Below are positions 42,802-54,054 of a stretch of DNA of 64,000 bases, in pieces. This DNA is from Andalucia godoyi And28. Its lineage: Eukaryota; Protista; Jakobida. The notes beneath the pieces are model-generated. The model saw nothing but the letters and a program-made list of their open reading frames with translations. It was not told where the DNA came from and ran no database searches. The stretch lies in the NCBI GenBank assembly GCA_009859145.1, contig VRVR01000061.1:1-64000 (forward strand), in the 5' to 3' direction. Position 1 is the first letter of the stretch; every line of letters starts with the position of its first letter. Position numbers and translations under genes: made by a program.

Positions 42802-43314
42802 CTTGAAAAACAAAAAAGGAAAAGAAAGTATTGAAGGAAAAAACCGTAAAGTTTTAAATTTTTTTTAATAAAAAAAAAACAAGAAGAAGAATGAATGAAT
42901 GAATGAACGAATAAATAAATGAATAAATAAATAAATAAATAAATAAATAAAGAGAATGTTTTAGGAGGCGAAAAACCCACTGGAAAACCAAATATGCGGA
43001 AAATGGAAAACAAAAGGGAAAGTCGAAGCATAGTGGCATTGCATAGTTGAAAGACAGCGTTAACGGAAAGAAGGAGGAAAAGGGTGGTTCTCGTTTCCGT
43101 ATTGTTTTAATCGGGTCCGAAATTTTATATTCGTTTTCTCTCAAATGAAAAGAAAGAAAAAATCGCTCCAAACGCAAACTTTTAATTAATGCCGATTTAT
43201 TTAATTATTTTTTTGGTTTTTCAGGTTTTTGATTTTCCTATTTTCTGTTTTTCTTTTTCGTTTGATTGGTTTGGTTTTGATTTTGGTGGTCGGACGAGAC
43301 GAGAGGGGAGAGAG

Positions 43315-45636
43315 ATGTCTGCGGGAGAGATGCAGGAGATCTTCTGCGGGGCACTTGGCGTGTCTTTGGAAGTGCTGTCGAGTGTGTTTGACGGTCCTGT
43401 TGAGGAGTATTTGCTGGGGGTATTAGAGGAGCAGACGCAGGATGCGCTGCTTTCTGAGCGAGATGTGCTGCTTTGCATGAGTCCTTTTCTTGTGGACAGT
43501 GGGTTGTGTGTGTCGCTTGTGGAAGCGGAGTCGAGTGTGAAAAGGATGTTGGCGGAGCTTGGGAGACGCGGGCTGGCAAAGGCGCGGGTGGACGAGGTGA
43601 AGGTTCTGCAGCAGGCAGTGGTGCTTGAGCGTGTGGTGATGACTGGGTCTGCAATGTCGATGGCAATGGGCGCTGGGGCACAGCCGCATCATTTGAGCTC
43701 GGTTGCGGTGAACACGAATGCAGACTTGGACGACTGGGACGCGGCGATTGCGAGTCGGAAGCAGGCTAAGAAGAACAGCAAAAAGAAGGACGACGGGAAG
43801 CGCGCGTCGGATTATGCAAAGTTCATCCAGGATCGTGAGGAGGCGCAAAAGAGAGCCATGGAGAATCTGTTCATTCGGAAGAACAACGATTCAGGGGCAA
43901 ACGCAAATGAACTTCGCGACATTGTTTGCGAGGCAATTACGATCACCATGGGCACTACAAAGCTCATTGACAAGGCGAGCTTGACGATTTCGTATGGAAG
44001 AAGGTATGGCTTGGTCGGGAAGAACGGATCAGGTAAGACGACGCTGCTAAGACACCTTGCAGACTATGCGCTGGAAGGGATCCCAAAGTCGCTGCAGATT
44101 CTGCATGTCGAGCAGGAGGTCATGGCAGATGATAGAACGCCGCTCCAGGTGGTGCTGGAGGCGGATCGGGAACGGACAGGACTCATGGACAAGGAGGCAA
44201 AGATCCAGCAGCAACTATCGGCGCTGCGGACAACTGCGGGCGCGGCAGATGAAGTCGCAGCAAGCATAAAGGCCGAGGAGGAGAAACTCCTGACTCAGCT
44301 TAACAAGGTGTATGAAGAGCTCACCGCGATGGATGCAGACGCGTCCGAGGCTGGCGCATCGCAGATTTTGGCAGGGTTGCAGTTCACGCAGGAGTCCATG
44401 AATGCGCCAACCCGCATGTTGTCTGGAGGTTGGCGAATGCGTGTTGCGCTTGCTCGTGCATTGTTTATTCAGCCGGATGTGCTGCTGCTTGATGAGCCAA
44501 CGAACATGATTGATCTGTCTGCCCTGCTGTGGCTTGAAGAGTATCTAAAGGGCTGGACGAAGACACTTGTGGTCGTTTCGCACGCTCGAGACTTTTTGAA
44601 TGCAATCTGCACGGACATGGTCCATTTGCACTCGAAGAACTTGACGTACTACAAGGGTAACTATGATGCGTTTGAGAATGTCAGGAGAGACCGGCTGAAG
44701 AACCAGGTTCGGTTGCACGAGGCGCAGGATAAGCAGAGGAAGCACGTCCAGGCCTTCATCGACCGCTTCAAATACAAGGCGAAAACTGCAAGAATGGCCC
44801 AGTCACGCATCAAGCTGCTGGAGCGCATGGAAGTCATTCCCGCCGTTATCGAAGATCCATCCATCTGCTTTGATTTCCCACAGCCGGAAATCGTTCCTCC
44901 TCCCATTCTGCAAGCGATTGACATTTCCTTTTCCTACCCCAAATCCTCTTCCTCTGCTTCTGCCTCTGCTTCTGCTTCTGCCACCTCGAATGGTCTCCAG
45001 TCACTGTTCAAGGATGTGAATTTTGGAGTCACCATGGACTCGCGCATTGCCATTGTCGGTCCGAACGGAGCGGGCAAAACCACGCTTCTCAAGGTTCTCT
45101 TTGGCGACTATGAACCGACGACGGGGCTTGTCATGCGCTCATCCAAGGTGCGCATTGGGTACTTTTCGCAGTTCTTTGTGGACACGCTCGATCTGCAGCT
45201 CTCTGCTGTTGAAAACATGATGGCCAGGTTTCCGTCCACCAATGCAAACCCACAGGGCGTGAGAGCGCACCTGTCGTCGTTCGGTCTCATTGGCGACGTT
45301 GCCTTGCAGCCGGCATACACGCTCTCAGGCGGTCAGAAGTCACGTCTTGTGCTTGCGATGGTCATGTGGATCAAGCCTCACATTCTCATCATGGATGAGC
45401 CGTCTACGCATCTCGACATTGAAACTGTCGAGGCACTGATCCAGGCTCTGAACGGCTGGGACGGCGGAATCGTCCTCGTGTCCCATGACCAGCATCTCAT
45501 TGCATCCGTTTGCGACGAGATCTGGATCTTTGATGCCCGTCCCGAAGAAAAGGGAAGCGTCTACCGCTACAATGGCGAGTTTGAAGACTACAAGCGCATG
45601 TTCCTTGCTCAGATGAAGGCACAAGGCAAGTGTTGA
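43315..45636 (+). CDS. ABCF3: ABC-F family ATPase (ABCF3/GCN20-like)
   Basis: Two NBDs (GKNGSGKTT, LSGGWRMR, LLDEPTN; GPNGAGKTT, LSGGQKSR, MDEPS), no TM segments. Confidence 0.92.
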   Translation: MSAGEMQEIFCGALGVSLEVLSSVFDGPVEEYLLGVLEEQTQDALLSERDVLLCMSPFLVDSGLCVSLVEAESSVKRMLAELGRRGLAKARVDEVKVLQQAVVLERVVMTGSAMSMAMGAGAQPHHLSSVAVNTNADLDDWDAAIASRKQAKKNSKKKDDGKRASDYAKFIQDREEAQKRAMENLFIRKNNDSGANANELRDIVCEAITITMGTTKLIDKASLTISYGRRYGLVGKNGSGKTTLLRHLADYALEGIPKSLQILHVEQEVMADDRTPLQVVLEADRERTGLMDKEAKIQQQLSALRTTAGAADEVAASIKAEEEKLLTQLNKVYEELTAMDADASEAGASQILAGLQFTQESMNAPTRMLSGGWRMRVALARALFIQPDVLLLDEPTNMIDLSALLWLEEYLKGWTKTLVVVSHARDFLNAICTDMVHLHSKNLTYYKGNYDAFENVRRDRLKNQVRLHEAQDKQRKHVQAFIDRFKYKAKTARMAQSRIKLLERMEVIPAVIEDPSICFDFPQPEIVPPPILQAIDISFSYPKSSSSASASASASATSNGLQSLFKDVNFGVTMDSRIAIVGPNGAGKTTLLKVLFGDYEPTTGLVMRSSKVRIGYFSQFFVDTLDLQLSAVENMMARFPSTNANPQGVRAHLSSFGLIGDVALQPAYTLSGGQKSRLVLAMVMWIKPHILIMDEPSTHLDIETVEALIQALNGWDGGIVLVSHDQHLIASVCDEIWIFDARPEEKGSVYRYNGEFEDYKRMFLAQMKAQGKC

Positions 45637-45931
45637 TTATCCCTCGTGTGCTCCTTGCATGAAAAAGTAAAGGTAGGTTGCTTCGTCCTACTGGTGGTTG
45701 TTTTGTTTTCTTTCGTTTGTTTGTTTGCTTGTTGTTTTTTAATCTTCCCTTTTCTTTTTCTTTTTTCTTTTTTCTTTTTTCTTTTTTCTTTTTTCCATTC
45801 CTTCTGTACCCACGCTCCTTACTCGGTACTGTAATCCAACCCCGGACGGCAAAAAAAATAAAATTAAAATTAAAAAAAAGTTTCAAAACAAACAAAAATA
45901 AGAAAGACGAGAGAGAGCAAAAGTAGGAGTC

Positions 45932-47017
45932 CTAGCAGAAGTCCTTGTTGTTCTTAAAGTCTCCCGACAATGGAAGTCCCTTCTTCATGACGTAGCATGC
46001 GGCGTTCCAGTCGACCAACCGGACGAACATTCTCATAAAGATGGTGAAAGCGCCGGTGTCGAGCATGGTGACCCATCCTGCCGCACGGCACGCCTGTCGG
46101 GCAACGACGTTTGGCGTTGTTGCGATTGCAAGGAAGAACTTGAAGGCATCGAGCTTGGGGACTTTTCCTGCTTCGTTTTGGGTGTAGAAGTTGGAGGTTC
46201 CGGCCATGGGGCCCGGAAGCAAGACCTGCACGTCGATTCCGTACTGGCCAGCTTCGATGGCAAGCGACTGTGCAAAGTTCTGCAGGAATGCCTTTCCGGA
46301 CGAGTAGAGCACCTGGGACGGCGCTGGAAACATTGCGGCAGCAGACGACGTAAAGCACACAAATCCTCTTGTATTGTTGGCTCGCATGCGCGACATGAAC
46401 GCGTGCGAGAGCCTCACTCCCGAGAGCACATTGCACTCCAAGTTGCGCATCCACGTGTCGATCGGAGCCTTCGTGAACCCTTTCAGCACAATGTACCCTG
46501 CATTCAAAAAGACCACGTTGATCCGCAAGTCCCGTGTCTGCTCCAGAATCACCTGTTCATACGAGTGGTGCTCAAAGTCGCCAAAGTTTACTCCGATCTT
46601 CATGAACTGTCGGTTCGGATACAGCGCCGTCAGCTCGGCACACGTCGAGTGCAACAGTTCATTGTCGAGGGCCACCAACACCACGTTCGCGCCCTGCGAC
46701 GCAAGATCAAACGCAATTGCCTTTCCAAGCCCCGACGACGCGCCCGTCACAAGAGCCCACTCGCACCGGTACTTCTTCACAAGCTTGCCGGACGACAGGA
46801 AATTTACAATGAACAGCTGTGTGTAGTGCACCGCAACCGAAAACAAAAACACCGTCCCAAGCACAAGCGGCACCAACATAGGAAGCAGCGTCAGCGAAAA
46901 CCCGTACGGAGACATCAAAAGCTCGGCAAACACTGGAAGAATCAGCGCAATCAGACCCCAAATCGACAGCGTCAGTGCGAGCGAAAACGAAAACTGCAGC
47001 AAATACACTATTCCCAT
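45932..47017 (-). CDS. Membrane-anchored SDR (17beta-HSD12 / very-long-chain 3-ketoacyl-CoA reductase-like)
   Basis: N-terminal TM, EWALVTGASSGLGK, LNAG, YSSGK catalytic YxxxK. Confidence 0.88.
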   Translation of the reverse strand: MGIVYLLQFSFSLALTLSIWGLIALILPVFAELLMSPYGFSLTLLPMLVPLVLGTVFLFSVAVHYTQLFIVNFLSSGKLVKKYRCEWALVTGASSGLGKAIAFDLASQGANVVLVALDNELLHSTCAELTALYPNRQFMKIGVNFGDFEHHSYEQVILEQTRDLRINVVFLNAGYIVLKGFTKAPIDTWMRNLECNVLSGVRLSHAFMSRMRANNTRGFVCFTSSAAAMFPAPSQVLYSSGKAFLQNFAQSLAIEAGQYGIDVQVLLPGPMAGTSNFYTQNEAGKVPKLDAFKFFLAIATTPNVVARQACRAAGWVTMLDTGAFTIFMRMFVRLVDWNAACYVMKKGLPLSGDFKNNKDFC

Positions 47018-47021
47018 CTCC

Positions 47022-47055
<34 letters not shown>

Positions 47056-47412
47056 ATCCCTGCTCGTTAACAGTAGTTCTTCTTGTCCACGCTCAAACAG
47101 CCCACCTGCTCAGTAACCAAAGTACACCAATAACACACACAGCCTAGTGAACATTCAAACGAAGAAAACAAAACAAAACCAAAGAAAGAAAAGAAAAGAG
47201 CGGGAAAAACACGCAGCTAAAAAACCAGCAACGGACTACAGTTGATCGTTTTGTGCATGAACATCAAACAGCATCAAATCGGAAGTCTGCTTATCTAACC
47301 CTATGGGAAGACGCGAGTTTCCTTGTCTTATTTTATTTTTTTTTGTATTCTGCACGCGTGACACCGCCCTCGAGTGCCGACTGCTGGACGGGAAAAGCAC
47401 AAAAGAAGGGAG

Positions 47413-49593
47413 ATGATGGGAATGATGCCCGCGATGGTGGCGGTGACGGCGATGGCGGTGATGGCGGTGGCGGGCTACGGGGACGGGTATGCAGACGGCG
47501 CACCGCTGCCTCTAATCTCGTACGAGGTGCACTCGTGGAACGACCTTCGCGAGTGGTCTCAATTGACGCTAAAGGGAATTCGGTTTTTCAAGATCGACCC
47601 GCACTACATGCGTTCTGCGTTTTGCGCCGCCTATGAAAACGCGACGCACGCGCCGATCCGCGGCTATGATCCGCGGTACGGGTGTCTGCTGCTGAACCAC
47701 GATGCCCCGACGCTGGCGCACGGGTCGCATGATGCTCCGTATTTTTCGCTGTTTGACATTGGGGACTACCCGCCTTTGACGCTGGCGACGCCACCGTCGA
47801 CGCCCATCAAAGTTGCTCTGTGCCTCAAGACACCCGACGATGTCGACCCGTGCGATCCGGGCGTCCTTGCGCTTCTCGACGCCTTCTTCTCGTCCGTCTC
47901 ACATGCTGACCGTGACCCGCACCGCTACCAGAATGTTGAGTGGGTGCTGGACGGCGCGGCGGTCGCGAAGCACGCGTGCTATGCTCAGCGGTACCGGCCG
48001 TATAACATGACCTTCATCCCGTTGTCGGATCCCGTTGACGCGCTCTTTTCGGACGATGCAGCCCGCGGTTACGACCGATATCGCATCCTCAACGTCGCCG
48101 CACTCACCCCGCCGTTGCGTGCCTACGACACCCTCGCAGTCCTCGACGACACCGTCCACTACGGCAAGTTCCTGCCCCAGAAGTCCAAGCCCGCTTCCAC
48201 GGAATACAACTATGCGCTGTTCTGGGAACCATCCGACGCGACGAGAATCGCCGAGACTGTCCAATTTTGGCTATCCTCCAATGCGAGCGGTGGTCCGGAT
48301 TGGGGATTGCGGTTCGCAGTCAATCTCGATCCGGTGCACTGGCGCTACTATGCTGCCTCTGCCGTCCATGCTGCCAGCACCGCTCTCGGCGGCTCTGCCT
48401 CCGTCATCACGTTCCACCAGCCATCCCCGTTCCCGTTCGCATCGGGCAACAGAAACTCTACCCCAACTCTCGTGGTCCTCGATTCCAACCGCCCTCTTCT
48501 GCTCTTCAGTCCGCAGCCGTCGCCCTCCGGTTATGACATTCACGTGGAACTCTACAGCGCTGCTCCCGTCCTTAGCCCCTCCCTCCTCGATGCTGTCCTT
48601 GTCTTTCCCACGAAACTCGACCTGCCGCAGGAGGCGCTGGTCGGCTCGGTGGTCGCGGCGTACGCAGCGTCTTCGGGGCGCGTGCGCGTCAGTTTGGACT
48701 GGCAAACCGAACAAGTGATGGCGAGTGTGGTGTGTGCGTATGATGCATCGACGATTCTGCATGCGAAAGAAGCATCGAGAATCAATCCTTTAGACGAATG
48801 CGTGGTGTTCGGCACCAACCTCCCAGTGGATGGATCGCCGATGCGAGTCGTTGCGCTTGCAGGCGATGACCTTGTTCTCACTGTTCAGTCGGAGGAGCTG
48901 GTGTGTGTGCAGCCAATGCAAGCATGTGGGTCTCTTCAGACCAACATTACGTCTGCTTCTCTTGTTGCCTATCCTCCCAAGTCCACCTCCACTTCCACTT
49001 CATCCGCGTCATCAACAGGGTTGGTAGTGGCCATTGTGGCAACGAGTGCCAACGAAGTGTACTATGCATTCCTTGATGACAGTGGCAGTGACACCCTGGA
49101 GTTTGTGTTTCTAGGGTATGGATCGCGCGTGTCGGCCAGCGCAAGGACGAGTTCCGACGAGGGCGAGGACGACGACGACGATGACGTGTTGATGGTGGTC
49201 GTAGAAGACGGGTATGCATGGAACACCGAGGTCCGAAACAAGCAAACGTATCCGCGCCTATGTGACATGGAACCTCGCAGCGAAAAGGGTGTTTTTGCAT
49301 ATGGTCTCTTTCCTCTTTCTCTCCTCTCTCATCATGCCGCGTCTGGCTCTGAATCCGAGACGGAGATGCTGTGGAGTGCGTGCAATGCCCAAGGAGCGCG
49401 AGTCGGGACGATGGGAGCCGGCGTCGGACTGAGTGCGGCGGCTATAGACCGACTGGACGGCAGAGCTGACCAGGTATGGATGGCAGCGAGCGCAAGAGGC
49501 CTGGACGAGCGCGAGTGTATCGGCGCACTCCAAGACGTCGGCTGCCCCATCCGTGACTCGCGCGTCTCCCTTACTCTACTGCAGCTCTTCTAA
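47413..49593 (+). CDS. Uncharacterised, probably secreted protein
   Basis: About 726-aa ORF with signal-like MMGMMPAMVAVTAMAVMAVAG. N-terminal HSWND...GIRFFKIDPH weakly recalls PLC-like phosphodiesterases. Confidence 0.75.
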   Translation: MMGMMPAMVAVTAMAVMAVAGYGDGYADGAPLPLISYEVHSWNDLREWSQLTLKGIRFFKIDPHYMRSAFCAAYENATHAPIRGYDPRYGCLLLNHDAPTLAHGSHDAPYFSLFDIGDYPPLTLATPPSTPIKVALCLKTPDDVDPCDPGVLALLDAFFSSVSHADRDPHRYQNVEWVLDGAAVAKHACYAQRYRPYNMTFIPLSDPVDALFSDDAARGYDRYRILNVAALTPPLRAYDTLAVLDDTVHYGKFLPQKSKPASTEYNYALFWEPSDATRIAETVQFWLSSNASGGPDWGLRFAVNLDPVHWRYYAASAVHAASTALGGSASVITFHQPSPFPFASGNRNSTPTLVVLDSNRPLLLFSPQPSPSGYDIHVELYSAAPVLSPSLLDAVLVFPTKLDLPQEALVGSVVAAYAASSGRVRVSLDWQTEQVMASVVCAYDASTILHAKEASRINPLDECVVFGTNLPVDGSPMRVVALAGDDLVLTVQSEELVCVQPMQACGSLQTNITSASLVAYPPKSTSTSTSSASSTGLVVAIVATSANEVYYAFLDDSGSDTLEFVFLGYGSRVSASARTSSDEGEDDDDDDVLMVVVEDGYAWNTEVRNKQTYPRLCDMEPRSEKGVFAYGLFPLSLLSHHAASGSESETEMLWSACNAQGARVGTMGAGVGLSAAAIDRLDGRADQVWMAASARGLDERECIGALQDVGCPIRDSRVSLTLLQLF

Positions 49594-50097
49594 ACCCTTC
49601 CCAACGCCTGCATCATCCACTGAAGATGCGTATCTACGAACAGACATGCATATTCAATCCTGCATCCCGTTGCCTGGAAGGGGATAGGCCCCAACACGCC
49701 TCACGGCGCTCTTCAGATAGATGCTCCGCGCTCCGTTCCCAATCTCGATCAATCGGTGAGCCACTTTCTCAGCGTGACACGTTGCTCCTGAGAAGGGTGC
49801 ATTTTGATTCTGACGGCCCTAGCAGCAGGCGTAGTGACACGTGGTCTCTTAATAGGTCTGCGGGACCTAGGAGGCCCTGTATCACGAATTCCTGTGAAAC
49901 AAACGTGCTAGTGTCGGCCACTGTTGACCGTGTCTGTTTGTGTATACTTCCGTATGCATGACAATGACGTGTTATCATTCAACGGTTAACCTCATTTCGT
50001 ATCTACAGTCGTCTCCTGTTTGTTCCTCAGCCACAGCCGTCGTGTTATGTCGTGCTGGTACTGTATGTGTGTATTATCGTGTGTACATTATCCTTTA

Positions 50098-50098
<1 letters not shown>

Positions 50099-50177
<79 letters not shown>
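50099..50177. repeat. (TG)n microsatellite
   Basis: Long TG run with one GG interruption. Confidence 0.95.
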
Positions 50178-50178
<1 letters not shown>

Positions 50179-51092
50179 ATGTGAAGATGGAAGCTTTTTT
50201 CCGTTGCCGCAGCGATGACCCTATGGGAGGCTTCAAGGATCATCAAGGGGGACAACAAGAAGATAATCTACAGACGATGTATGTCAAGTGATCACCATGG
50301 GAAATAAGTACAGGTGAGCTCGTGGGCACCGGTCTGAAGTGCTTTCCGCACTGCGCTATAAGAAAGAGAAAAAGAAGAGGGGGAAAAAAAATGAAAATGA
50401 AATGAAGAGATGAAGCGAATGCCTGAACAGGTTGATGCGAAAGCGTAGAAAGCGATGGGGAAAACGCGAGAAAAAACTGTCGGTCGACCCATGTCGACAT
50501 GCACGGGAGGTGCTTTTTTTACAGTCGCTGCGTAGATGCCGGTTGCGATGTTGTGTGACGCGAGCTGTCGTGCGGCGTGATCGGAGCACGGCCCAGCGTC
50601 TCAGCAACCGCCGTGTGCAACAACGGAGCCTACTGGACTGGGCTTTGCTCCACAGGCCCGAGCGCATGATGGACGCCCAAGCAAGGGGTCCAAAAGGAAA
50701 AAAAAAGGGGAGAAAGTGGGAGTTTAGTACGAGCAGAGATGGCTATTTCTGATGGCACCCGGGAATACTCGGAGTTCCCAGACACTTCCCCGGATCGAAC
50801 CTTGCTCATAGATACCACCGCATCCCGCTATTACGGGATGCTGGGTGTGGTATTCTTGGAACGCTCGTCGGACAGCCGACGCCGGACTGCTCAATGCAGG
50901 CGTGCACAGTGTCTATTTAAAAAAATGACAATGAAAAAATTAAAAACATAGCCAAGACGCGCGTGGCTTGCAGTGGCACACCTCCACCAGACTGTGTTTC
51001 TTCCAGAACAACGTTCGTTCGTAGACTAAAGAAGAACCTCCTCGCTCGCCTCCGTCCGCACCAGCCTCTGTGTTCCGAGGGAGAGAAAAAAC

Positions 51093-53288
51093 ATGGGACA
51101 GTGTACTAGCGATTGTGCAGGGGATGCACGCGTGACAGCGTCTCGCAAGAGTGATGTGTATCGTGCATCGTCCGCGTTTGCAAAGAAACCCGACCAAGGC
51201 CAACAACAACAACAACAACAACAACAAGAACAAGAACAAGAACGGCAAGAAGGAGAAGCTGGCGTTGGAAAGGACACGAGACTGGCGGCAACGGCATCTC
51301 CGAGAAGATACGAGACACACTCCATCCACGGCGACCAGGATCTCAAAGACGTCTTTCGGCTCGACAATGAAGCACTGTGGTGCTGGAATCGACGCGGATT
51401 CCGGGCGTCGCAACATATCGGTCGAGTTCTGTGCAAGCTGCGAAATCCAACTGGGGATTCGCAAACGACACAACAACAGCAGCAATTCTGCGGGATTGCA
51501 GAGGATTCACGACTGCTGAAAAGCTCGGTGACACCGGAGACGGAGGCGACGGCAGCCTCGGCATCATCGACACTCCGGCTCCGTTCCATTCGACAGCTAA
51601 GCCTCGACAAATCGCGGTCCAAGGCCATGATCTCTCAGTTGGCTGGCACCGAGGAAGAAGAGCCGCAGAAATGGATTCGTCTGAACGGGCGATTTTCGAC
51701 GCCGAGGATGAACATTGTTCCGTTCCAGAAGAAGCGGCCGATTGCACTTCCCGATTCTCAGAACCTGCTCACAGAAATTCAAAAACGAAGAAGCCTTGGC
51801 ACACAGAACAGAACTGCAGAGGTAGCTGCAAGCGAGATTCCAAGTGTAGAATCTGAAAATCACGGCCCGTGGCAACGCGTGGAGTCTGTGGAAATCAGTG
51901 TCTGTGCTGCTGACTCGCAGAAGACCATCGTTCGTCAGCGGCGAGACACGGATCATGATCTCCATGATCACCGCGAGCGTCAAGACCAAGCTGATCGTTC
52001 TGACATTGCGGTGGAGGCTGGTCTGCAACTGCACGGTCATCACGAGAGCCTTCCTGCGATTCTTCCCAGCTGCAAGATGTCGATCGACACACCATGTATC
52101 ACCGCAAGAGAGCCCACGGCGGATGATCCGGAAAGCAAGCGGAGGCACGGCATTGACCATGATCGGCTTGGAGGACCTGGAGATGACAAGCGCAAAGAAG
52201 ACGCGGTTGCGACACCACGACTGGTGGTGGTGAAGAAAGAGTCGCGATCGGATCTCATGGTCGCCAGGGACTCCCGAGCACCGCAAGAAACGAGAATTGT
52301 CATCTCTCGAGACGGCTCCGCAACAGCATATCGGAGCCAGCAAGCAGCAGCAAGTGCAGAATACGTGTTGCCGGAAGATGAGGAGAGCCCGCATTCTGCC
52401 CCGATGCTCGAGCACAGCCCACCATCTTTCGCTATCGCGTCTAAGGACCCGCACGGCAAGCTTTTGGAAATCTATGCAGCGAAGCACGCAACGGACAACA
52501 TGCATCCGGTCACCTTGCAGGTGTACAATGAAACATACTTTCCCGTCCGGCTGGCTCTTGTGTGTGTGGCTTGCAACTGTGACGTGTCATCCTCGACCAT
52601 GGCGCTAGTGGAGCACTCCCTGACGGTCGTTCCGAGCCGATCGGTGCCCGTGCAGCAAAGACGCCATCGACCTCGAGCAGCAGCGGCGGCGGCGACAACT
52701 GCGGGAGATCCCGATGATGATCAAGACAAGTTTGGCGCGCATGCAACACTGGTGTATGTGACGTGCTGTGCGATAGCCTACATCCGAATTACGCAGGGGT
52801 GGGAATGTGCCGCGATCATGGGCTCCGAGCTGGACTTCATACGAACGTCCCGAACCGGATACGCGATCGTCATTGAGAACATCCCAAAGTCCAGCAAGAC
52901 TGCTGTCGCGCACGCGCAATCCCAAACAATGCAGTCGCAGCCGCAGTCGCAGCCGCAGTCAGCACCCTGTACCGTCGGTCTGCAGGACACGATGCGCGTT
53001 CGGCTTGTGCTGAATGCCACGACACTCGGAACCGCACCAGCTCACACTCTCTCTACGTTGACCAGCGCCAGTACTAGTGCCACTGCACCGGAGGCACGAA
53101 GCCTGAAAGAGAGAAGTGGCGGCGGCGACGCAACCTCCCGACCTGCGACAACCATTCCCCTGCGGGTGCTTGTAACGGAAGAGCAGAGCTCGTCACACCA
53201 CGGGAACGAAGACGGCTGGACGAACACGTTTCTTCATACGCAGCAGCTCATGCACATCGCACCTTTGCGTGCTCAGTGTAAACAGTAA
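51093..53288 (+). CDS. Uncharacterised 731-aa largely disordered protein
   Basis: Long intact ORF with poly-Q; beta-rich segment near the C-terminus (VYNETYFPVRLALV); no family recognised. Confidence 0.7.
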   Translation: MGQCTSDCAGDARVTASRKSDVYRASSAFAKKPDQGQQQQQQQQQEQEQERQEGEAGVGKDTRLAATASPRRYETHSIHGDQDLKDVFRLDNEALWCWNRRGFRASQHIGRVLCKLRNPTGDSQTTQQQQQFCGIAEDSRLLKSSVTPETEATAASASSTLRLRSIRQLSLDKSRSKAMISQLAGTEEEEPQKWIRLNGRFSTPRMNIVPFQKKRPIALPDSQNLLTEIQKRRSLGTQNRTAEVAASEIPSVESENHGPWQRVESVEISVCAADSQKTIVRQRRDTDHDLHDHRERQDQADRSDIAVEAGLQLHGHHESLPAILPSCKMSIDTPCITAREPTADDPESKRRHGIDHDRLGGPGDDKRKEDAVATPRLVVVKKESRSDLMVARDSRAPQETRIVISRDGSATAYRSQQAAASAEYVLPEDEESPHSAPMLEHSPPSFAIASKDPHGKLLEIYAAKHATDNMHPVTLQVYNETYFPVRLALVCVACNCDVSSSTMALVEHSLTVVPSRSVPVQQRRHRPRAAAAAATTAGDPDDDQDKFGAHATLVYVTCCAIAYIRITQGWECAAIMGSELDFIRTSRTGYAIVIENIPKSSKTAVAHAQSQTMQSQPQSQPQSAPCTVGLQDTMRVRLVLNATTLGTAPAHTLSTLTSASTSATAPEARSLKERSGGGDATSRPATTIPLRVLVTEEQSSSHHGNEDGWTNTFLHTQQLMHIAPLRAQCKQ

Positions 53289-53414
53289 TCAGCGAAGATG
53301 TCCCCTGCGATATGGGTGACAGCTTTGTGTATCAATGTTGAACGTCAAACAATACGATGTCTCCGTGCTTCACCTTTTATTCTTTTCATCTATTATTTTT
53401 CTATTTGGTTGTGT

Positions 53415-53487
53415 TTTACTATCGACCCCTCAAGCAGACAAAACATCACATGGCTCCATAGAGGGGGACTTCCCAGCAAACTCAAAC
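53415..53487 (-). repeat. Dispersed repeat, partial inverted copy
   Basis: 73 nt identical to the reverse complement of 58276..58348. Confidence 0.92.
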
Positions 53488-53758
53488 AAAGCGACGACCC
53501 TTTGATATAAAGCAATCTGCGTTGAAGAGTTGGTGCTCGCCCCAATTAATTAATAAAAAAACACGTGGGTTGGATCTGTCTTCGGTGACAGCGTAGCCAA
53601 TGATGATCAATAATGATTCATACTTTGGCGAGCGGCCCCAATAGGTGGTGAATCAGTACTGGAAACGTATTAAAAAAAAGTACGCACTGTAAGAAAACAA
53701 ACCAAAAGTCGGTCCAAGGAAAGGAAAGAAGAAGAGGAAAAAAAAATCAAAAATGTTA

Positions 53759-53830
53759 GGGAGATGCCGGGAATCGAACCCGGGACCACTCCGACCCGAA
53801 CGGAGTATTCTACTACTGAACTACACCTCC
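53759..53830 (-). tRNA. tRNA-Pro(CGG)
   Basis: 72-nt cloverleaf; anticodon arm CTCCG-TTCGGGT-CGGAG, TTCGATT loop, C73, T-rich trailer. D-loop AGTAGTA lacks the usual GG. Confidence 0.88.
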
Positions 53831-54054
53831 AAGCGACACGATGCCTCTGCTTGCTCTTCTTGATGAGTGAAAATGATTTCGCGCATCCTTTTTTACGGTT
53901 TCTGTTTTCATCGTTGTCTTTTCTAAAGCACTTCACGACTTTTCAACATTTACTTGCATTCATTTATTGGTTTGGTTTGGTTTTGTTTTGTTTTGGCGGA
54001 TTTTGGTTCATTTACGTTGCGTTTTTACAGCTGGATTTTACAAGTTGGAAAAGG

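Noticed and set aside
49740-49900. Possible structured ncRNA (TTCTCAG...CTGAGAA stem, repeated GTGACACGT)
   Set aside because: No snRNA, RNase P/MRP or snoRNA box motifs recognised; a single short stem can arise by chance.
53600-53660. TGATTCA...TGAATCA hairpin near a C-box-like ATGATGA
   Set aside because: No terminal D box (CTGA) or recognisable guide; insufficient for a snoRNA call.
53764-54054. N-terminal extension of BUD23 in the ORF track
   Set aside because: Overlaps the tRNA-Pro and T-rich intergenic DNA; the conserved start MSRPEH is at 54055.
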